Shown here in pieces: positions 58,991-64,000 of a DNA stretch of 64,000 nt. A program made the position numbers and the translations under genes. Location: the NCBI GenBank assembly GCA_039190745.1, contig JBCCXZ010000005.1, positions 35,506 through 99,505 on the forward strand, written 5' to 3'. This DNA is from Planctomycetota bacterium (GTDB taxonomy: Bacteria; Planctomycetota; Planctomycetia; Pirellulales; Lacipirellulaceae). The notes under the pieces are model-generated. The model made no database searches. It was not told where the DNA came from and saw nothing but the letters and a program-made list of their open reading frames with translations. Position 1 is the stretch's first letter. Each line of letters begins with the position of its first letter.

Positions 58991-60124
58991 ATGACGCTCC
59001 TGTTCAGCCCGATCGAACTCCGGACATCGACGGTCCGGAACCGGATCGGCATGTCGCCCATGTCGATGTACTCGGCAATCGAGGGGCGCGTCGGTGTGCT
59101 CGACGCGGCCCACTACGGGGCCCGTGCGATCGGCGGGACGGGCCTGGTCTTCACAGGCACGGTAGCCGTATCGCCGGAAGGTCGGATCACGCCTCGAGAC
59201 CCGGGTTTGTGGGAAGACGGCCAGGTTGCCGGGCTCTGCCAGATCTCTGAAGTCGTGCGAGCGGCGGGGGGAACACCGGCGATCCAGATTGGCCATGCCG
59301 GCAGGAAGGCCTCGACCTCGGCGCCTTGGCACGGTGGCGAACCCAGGTCGGAGGGGCGGAGCCTCGGCGACGACGAGGGGGGTTGGCCCACCCTGGCGCC
59401 AACGGCCCTGGCCTTCGGGGGGAACCGACCGAAGGTTCCCGCGGAGCTGGCCACCGACGCGATCCAGCGCATTGTCGCCGATTTCGCTACCGCCGCAGAG
59501 CGGGCAGATCGCGCTGGGTTCGACGCGCTCGAACTGCACGGCGGGCACGGCTATCTGCTGCACGAGTTTTACTCGCCCCTAACGAATCAACGCGGAGACG
59601 AGTACGGCGGTTCGTTCGAGAATCGGGTGCGGTTCCCGCTGGAAGTCGTACGCGCGATCCGCCGCGTGTGGCCGGAGGGGAAGCCGTTGGCCTTCCGCCT
59701 TACGGTCGACGACTTCGTGACGGGCGGGTGGGGACCGGAGGACGGCCTTGCACTGGCGAAGCAGCTTGTCGCAGAGGGAGTCGACCTGCTGGACCTCATG
59801 TCGTTCGGCGGGCTGACTCCTGAGGCCGAGGTTCCTTGGGACAGGAACTTCACAGCTGAGCACGGCCGCCGATTCAAAGAGGCATTCTCCGACACGGCGA
59901 TTGCCGTCTCGGCCCAAACGGCCCCGGCTTACGACACGCCGGCCGCTGACATTGCTCGCCTGGTAGACGAAGGGGCCGCCGACATCGTGCTGCTGGGGCG
60001 CCAACTGTTGACCGACCCGCACTACGCCGCCCATGCGGCGACCGCTTTGGGGCACGAAGATCCCTTGTTGCCCAGCAACTACGAGCACTGGCTGACGGGC
60101 AGGCCTTCCTCGCACGAATTCTGA
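58991..60124 (+). CDS. NADH:flavin oxidoreductase, YqjM/NamA-like Old Yellow Enzyme
   Basis: RNRIGMSPMSMYSA, AVSPEGRIT, QIGHAGRKAS, GFDALELHGGHGYLLHEFYSPLTN.R.DEYGGSFENR.RF. Confidence 0.92.
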   Translation: MTLLFSPIELRTSTVRNRIGMSPMSMYSAIEGRVGVLDAAHYGARAIGGTGLVFTGTVAVSPEGRITPRDPGLWEDGQVAGLCQISEVVRAAGGTPAIQIGHAGRKASTSAPWHGGEPRSEGRSLGDDEGGWPTLAPTALAFGGNRPKVPAELATDAIQRIVADFATAAERADRAGFDALELHGGHGYLLHEFYSPLTNQRGDEYGGSFENRVRFPLEVVRAIRRVWPEGKPLAFRLTVDDFVTGGWGPEDGLALAKQLVAEGVDLLDLMSFGGLTPEAEVPWDRNFTAEHGRRFKEAFSDTAIAVSAQTAPAYDTPAADIARLVDEGAADIVLLGRQLLTDPHYAAHAATALGHEDPLLPSNYEHWLTGRPSSHEF

Positions 60125-60187
60125 AGCGGGCTATCCGCCGGATCGTCCAGCCTCTTACTTAGCTGGGCCTCAGAACCTAAGCCGTCG

Positions 60188-61870
60188 CTACTTCTCACCA
60201 GATACCGACTCGGCAATGTTCTGCGTGTGATCGAGCACGCGCGAGTAGGCATTGAGCGACGCGAGGAACGCGACGCTCACCAGGGGCGGCACTTCGTTGT
60301 GCGAGAGGTCGTCGAGGTGCTTCCCGCGCAGCTGCTTGACCAGCGCACGGATCCGAGCCGCCGCCGGGGTTACCTCGACCATGATATTCTGGTTTCCGGC
60401 GTGGAGCGCCTGATTGATCGAGATCAACAGCTCGCTCACTTCCTGGTTGAGCCTGTCCAACGCGGCCCGCTGATCTGCGCTAAACCGCTGACCATCGCGA
60501 CGCAGCTTGCGATCGAACTCGGAGAGGTTTGCGACATAGTCGCTTACCGATTCGAACTCGTAGGCCATCCGGAGATGCCGCCTGGCTTCGTCCGCAACGG
60601 TGTGCGGGATACTCCCGGACAGCATGTTGGTAATGAAGGCCGATATCTCATCGTGGATCGAGTCGAGCACTGTCTCCCGACGCCTCAGCCGGCTTGCGAG
60701 CTGCTGGTCTGGACTGCTCTGCGAGCGGAGCTCAACCAGCCAGTTCAGCATCTTCTCACACCCGTCTCCCATACGCTCCAGTTCGGTCTGAGATTGCTCG
60801 ATCGCCAGCGCGGGCGTGTCGAACAACCGCACGTCGAGGTCGGTCAGGTGCGGTTTTTCCTTGAAGTCCTTCGAGGGGACAATGCGTTCTAGTAAGCGGA
60901 CCAACAGCGGCACAAACGGGAGAAACAGAATCGTATTTGCAATATTGAAAAAGGAGTGCGTCGCGGCGATCGCCGGGGTCGTAGAGGGGAACGTAGCCTC
61001 GCCGTTCACGAGCTCCGAAGCCCCGACGTCTAGCGCAAGAAACCACTGCACGAACTCGATGTACCACGGAAACAGGAGCGTGATCCAGAACACACCGCAG
61101 AGGTTGAACATCACGTGGAAGTAAGCGGCGCGGCGGGCGTTGGTCGTGGCGCCGAGCGACGCAAGCAGGGCGGTGAGCGTCGTGCCGATGTTCTCACCCA
61201 GCACGAGCGCGGCGGCCGACTCGAACGAGATCACCCCCTGGAAGGCCAGGGAGATCGTGATGCCCAGCGTCGCCGAGGAAGACTGCACCAGCGTGGTGAG
61301 CACGCAGCCGGCGAGCGCACACTTTAAGACGCCCAGGTAGCTGTCGGCACGGAAGACCTGGAACCACGCCTCAAACTCGGGCGTGTCCTTGATAATGGCG
61401 CAAGCGTTCTTCATGAGCTCCAAGCCGAAGAACACCATGCCGACGCCCATCAGCACGAGCGCCCAATAACGCCAGCGATCGCTCCGAGAAAAGAGGAAGA
61501 CGAAAGCGGCTACGCCGAGCAGCGGCAGGCCGTACTTGCCGATCTTCAGCACCAGGATCCACCCCGTGATGGTGGTGCCGATGTTGGAGCCCATAATCAC
61601 GCCCACGGCCTGGACGAGGTTCATGACTCCGCTGTTGACGAAGCCGACGACCATCACGGTGGTGATTGAGCTGGACTGGACAATGCAGGTGACGATCGCA
61701 CCAACGATGATGGCGAAAAAGCGATTGCCGGTAACCGTGCCGATCAGACGACGGAGGCTGTTGCCCGCGACGGCCTGCATTCCGTCGGACATGTTCTTCA
61801 TGCCAAGCAGGAAGATGCCGAGGCCGCCGATCAGATCGAAGAAGAGGTGGGCGAGAGAAGAGAGGGTCAA
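60188..61870 (-). CDS. Na/Pi cotransporter family protein (NptA/YjbB-like) with C-terminal PhoU-like domains
   Basis: GGLGIFLLGMK.MS.G, VQSSS.TT, GSNIGTTIT, second repeat VQSSSAT and GENIGTT; helical C-terminus with E.VSDY. Confidence 0.93.
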   Translation of the reverse strand: MTLSSLAHLFFDLIGGLGIFLLGMKNMSDGMQAVAGNSLRRLIGTVTGNRFFAIIVGAIVTCIVQSSSITTVMVVGFVNSGVMNLVQAVGVIMGSNIGTTITGWILVLKIGKYGLPLLGVAAFVFLFSRSDRWRYWALVLMGVGMVFFGLELMKNACAIIKDTPEFEAWFQVFRADSYLGVLKCALAGCVLTTLVQSSSATLGITISLAFQGVISFESAAALVLGENIGTTLTALLASLGATTNARRAAYFHVMFNLCGVFWITLLFPWYIEFVQWFLALDVGASELVNGEATFPSTTPAIAATHSFFNIANTILFLPFVPLLVRLLERIVPSKDFKEKPHLTDLDVRLFDTPALAIEQSQTELERMGDGCEKMLNWLVELRSQSSPDQQLASRLRRRETVLDSIHDEISAFITNMLSGSIPHTVADEARRHLRMAYEFESVSDYVANLSEFDRKLRRDGQRFSADQRAALDRLNQEVSELLISINQALHAGNQNIMVEVTPAAARIRALVKQLRGKHLDDLSHNEVPPLVSVAFLASLNAYSRVLDHTQNIAESVSGEK

Positions 61871-62125
61871 AGCGGCCTGCCTGGCAGAATCGCACTGTTC
61901 GGAGTTCGTAGAGCCGCTGGTTTGGGGGCGAGTATAGACGGTTGGTTGTCGGGTGCAAGGATCGCGTGCTGGAGCATTGCGGCGGGGCTACGCGGCCCCT
62001 GCAACCGGGTGGTTAAACGAGAGCAGAAATACTGCATTTCGCCCGGTGACCCTATGCAAATAGGGGTTCTCGCAGCACCCCGGGGGCCAGGTACCACCAC
62101 AGTGGGAGCCGGGCTGATCCCGCCG

Positions 62126-63262
62126 CTACTGCCGACCGAACAGCGCCTGCCTAAGCTCTTCCTCGAACGTCGCACTGCGGTCGAGCGTGTGGCGGAAGTC
62201 GTCCTTGCCTAACGCGTAGAAGATCGACTTCTCTGTCGCCCTGACCGTCGCATTTCGCGGCTCGTTCGTGATCAAGGCCGCCTCGCCGAAGTAGGCGCCT
62301 TCGTCGAGCGCGGCCACCTTCGTCTCGTTCTGCAGCACGTCGACCTTACCGCTGCGGATCAGGTAGAACAGGTCGCCGGGGTCGCCCTGGCGGATGACCA
62401 CGTCGCCCGGCTCGGCCTCGTGCACCATCATCTTGTCGGCCACCTCCGAGAGCGTGTTCGGCGTCAGGTTATCGAACAAATCGACCTTCTTGAGGAACTC
62501 GCAGATGACCGAGGTCTCTTGCACCTGCACGTCGGAGCGGATGTAGCCGTCGACCATGTTCACGATGCGGTCGGCGACGTCCAAGATGCGGTTGTCGTGC
62601 GTGACCATGATGATGGTGCAGCCCTCGTCGCGGGCAAGCTCTTGGAACAGCGTCACTACCTCGCGGCCCGATTTCTCGTCGAGCGCGGCGGTCGGCTCGT
62701 CGGCCAGCACCAGCCGGGGGCGGTGCACCAACCCGCGGGCGATGGCAACCCGCTGCTTCTGCCCGCCGGAGAGCGAGCCGGGCTTGTAGTGCACGCGCTC
62801 GCCCAAGCCCAAACGCTCAAGCAATGACTTGATGCGGTGGTCGGCCAGGTCGCGGTCGAGCCCAACCAGCTCGGCGGCCATGTTCACGTTCTGGTAGGCG
62901 GTGAGCGACTCGAACAGGTTGTGCGCCTGGAAGATAAAGCCCAGCTCGCGGCGGAGCCGGACGATCAGGTCGCGGCTGGCGCCGAGTAGCTCGTTGCCGA
63001 GCACCTTGAGGCTGCCCTCCTGCACGGTGCGCAGCGTGCCGATGAGCGTGAGCAGCGTGGTTTTGCCCGAGCCGCTGGGCCCGGTCATGATGACGATCTC
63101 GCCGCGGCGGACCTGGAGGTTGTTCTCAAAGAGCGCCTGCTTGCGGAGCTCGCCCTCGCCAAAAAAGTGGTTGAGGCCCTCGACGCAGACGGTCTTGGGC
63201 AGGACCACGCCGCCGCCGAAGGCGCCGCTGGTGGCAGGAATAGTAGTTTGCGAGGCGGTCAT
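62126..63262 (-). CDS. DevA-like ABC exporter ATP-binding protein fused to a C-terminal cyclic-nucleotide-binding domain (alternative start 63283)
   Basis: GPSGSGKTT, GFIFQAHNL, LSGGQKQRVAIAR, LADEPTAALD, VTHD; then IRQGDPGDLFYLIRSG.V, YFGEAAL, EPRNATVRA. Confidence 0.93.
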   Translation of the reverse strand: MTASQTTIPATSGAFGGGVVLPKTVCVEGLNHFFGEGELRKQALFENNLQVRRGEIVIMTGPSGSGKTTLLTLIGTLRTVQEGSLKVLGNELLGASRDLIVRLRRELGFIFQAHNLFESLTAYQNVNMAAELVGLDRDLADHRIKSLLERLGLGERVHYKPGSLSGGQKQRVAIARGLVHRPRLVLADEPTAALDEKSGREVVTLFQELARDEGCTIIMVTHDNRILDVADRIVNMVDGYIRSDVQVQETSVICEFLKKVDLFDNLTPNTLSEVADKMMVHEAEPGDVVIRQGDPGDLFYLIRSGKVDVLQNETKVAALDEGAYFGEAALITNEPRNATVRATEKSIFYALGKDDFRHTLDRSATFEEELRQALFGRQ

Positions 63263-63282
63263 GAGGGTGGTCCTCTCAGGCA

Positions 63283-64000
63283 TTAAAACAGCGACGCGGG
63301 GTCGGCTTGCAGGAGCTTACGGACGGCGAGCAAGCCGGAACCGACGCACATCGCCACTGTGGCCGCGAACACGAACAGCATCGACGAACCTGTAAGCTGC
63401 AGGAGCAACCCCGTGCGGCCGGCGAGCCAGGTGTACAGCAGCCAGCTAACGAAGGTCCCCGGCACGAACCCGATGACCGCCAGCAGCACGGCCTCATTGA
63501 CGATCAGGCGGATGAAATACTTGGAGGTGTAGCCCATGGCCTTGAGCGTAGCAAACTCAGGCATGTGATCGGCGATGTCGGAGTAGATCACCTGGTAGCA
63601 GATGACCATGCCGACGATGAAGCCGATGATGGTTCCGGCGAGGAACACGACGCCGATGGGGGTGCTCTTGTCCCAGAACTCGATCTCTCCGTTGCGGAAC
63701 TGCTCGCGGGTGAGCGGGGCGACGTCGCGGTCGAGCGTGCCCCGTAGCTGGCGGGCGACCGCGGCGGGGTCGGCGCCCTCGCGGAGTTCCAGGACGCCGA
63801 TGTCGACCACAGCGAGCGGGTCGCCGTAGCGGTTGCGGTAGGGGAAGAAGCGTGCGAAGTTCTCGGCGCTCATCACGAGGTTGCCGTCGTGGGCGAAGTC
63901 GGCGCCCAAGTCGAACGTGCCGACCAGCTTCAGTTTCTTGTTGGAGAGTTCGGTCTTCACCCCGGCGAGGGCCTGGTCGTCGTCGAGCGGGAAGTCGAAG
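63283..64000 (-). CDS. DevC-like ABC exporter permease, partial (5' end outside window)
   Basis: F.LGADF..DGNL, E..FW...TPIG.VF..G..IGFIVG.VICYQVIYSDI.DH..EFATLKAMGY, A.RKL..ADPA.LF. Confidence 0.9.
   Translation of the reverse strand, partial: FDFPLDDDQALAGVKTELSNKKLKLVGTFDLGADFAHDGNLVMSAENFARFFPYRNRYGDPLAVVDIGVLELREGADPAAVARQLRGTLDRDVAPLTREQFRNGEIEFWDKSTPIGVVFLAGTIIGFIVGMVICYQVIYSDIADHMPEFATLKAMGYTSKYFIRLIVNEAVLLAVIGFVPGTFVSWLLYTWLAGRTGLLLQLTGSSMLFVFAATVAMCVGSGLLAVRKLLQADPASLF

Overview
High-GC bacterial chromosome segment, very probably Planctomycetota (Pirellulales/Lacipirellulaceae-like). The assignment is inferred from DUF1559 prepilin-like proteins, PEP-CTERM proteins with a dockerin-like DxDxDGD-x-D-LL-x-WQR tail, and planctomycete-style REP-like palindromes. 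About 48 CDS; no rRNA, tRNA, CRISPR array or intact transposase/integrase recognised. Housekeeping and metabolic genes: a sigma-70 factor, uvrA, ligA, glnS, a ThiF/MoeB enzyme, a PfkB kinase, FAH, a HAD hydrolase and a Na/Pi cotransporter. Regulated modules: TetR + RND efflux, MarR + two Old Yellow Enzymes, and a DevC/DevA-like ABC exporter whose ATPase carries a cNMP-binding domain. Signalling genes: HD-GYP protein, membrane adenylate cyclase, Ser/Thr kinase, CpsB-like phosphatase. The best candidate for an undescribed system is at about 8.4-14.0 kb. A perfect 7-1-7 Fur/Zur-type palindrome precedes a thioredoxin-like protein and a DUF1826 protein. Next comes a secreted His-rich leader ORF ending in an RGPP ribosome-arrest-like motif, directly upstream of an operon of two His-N-terminal PEP-CTERM proteins flanking a His-bearing DUF1559 pseudopilin. 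This suggests a metal (Zn?)-scavenging surface system controlled by a metal-sensing arrest peptide (inference). Immediately downstream is a ~350-nt heavily nested-helix non-coding segment between convergent genes. LigA carries two large unusual insertions. All family calls come from motif recognition by eye; no searches were run.
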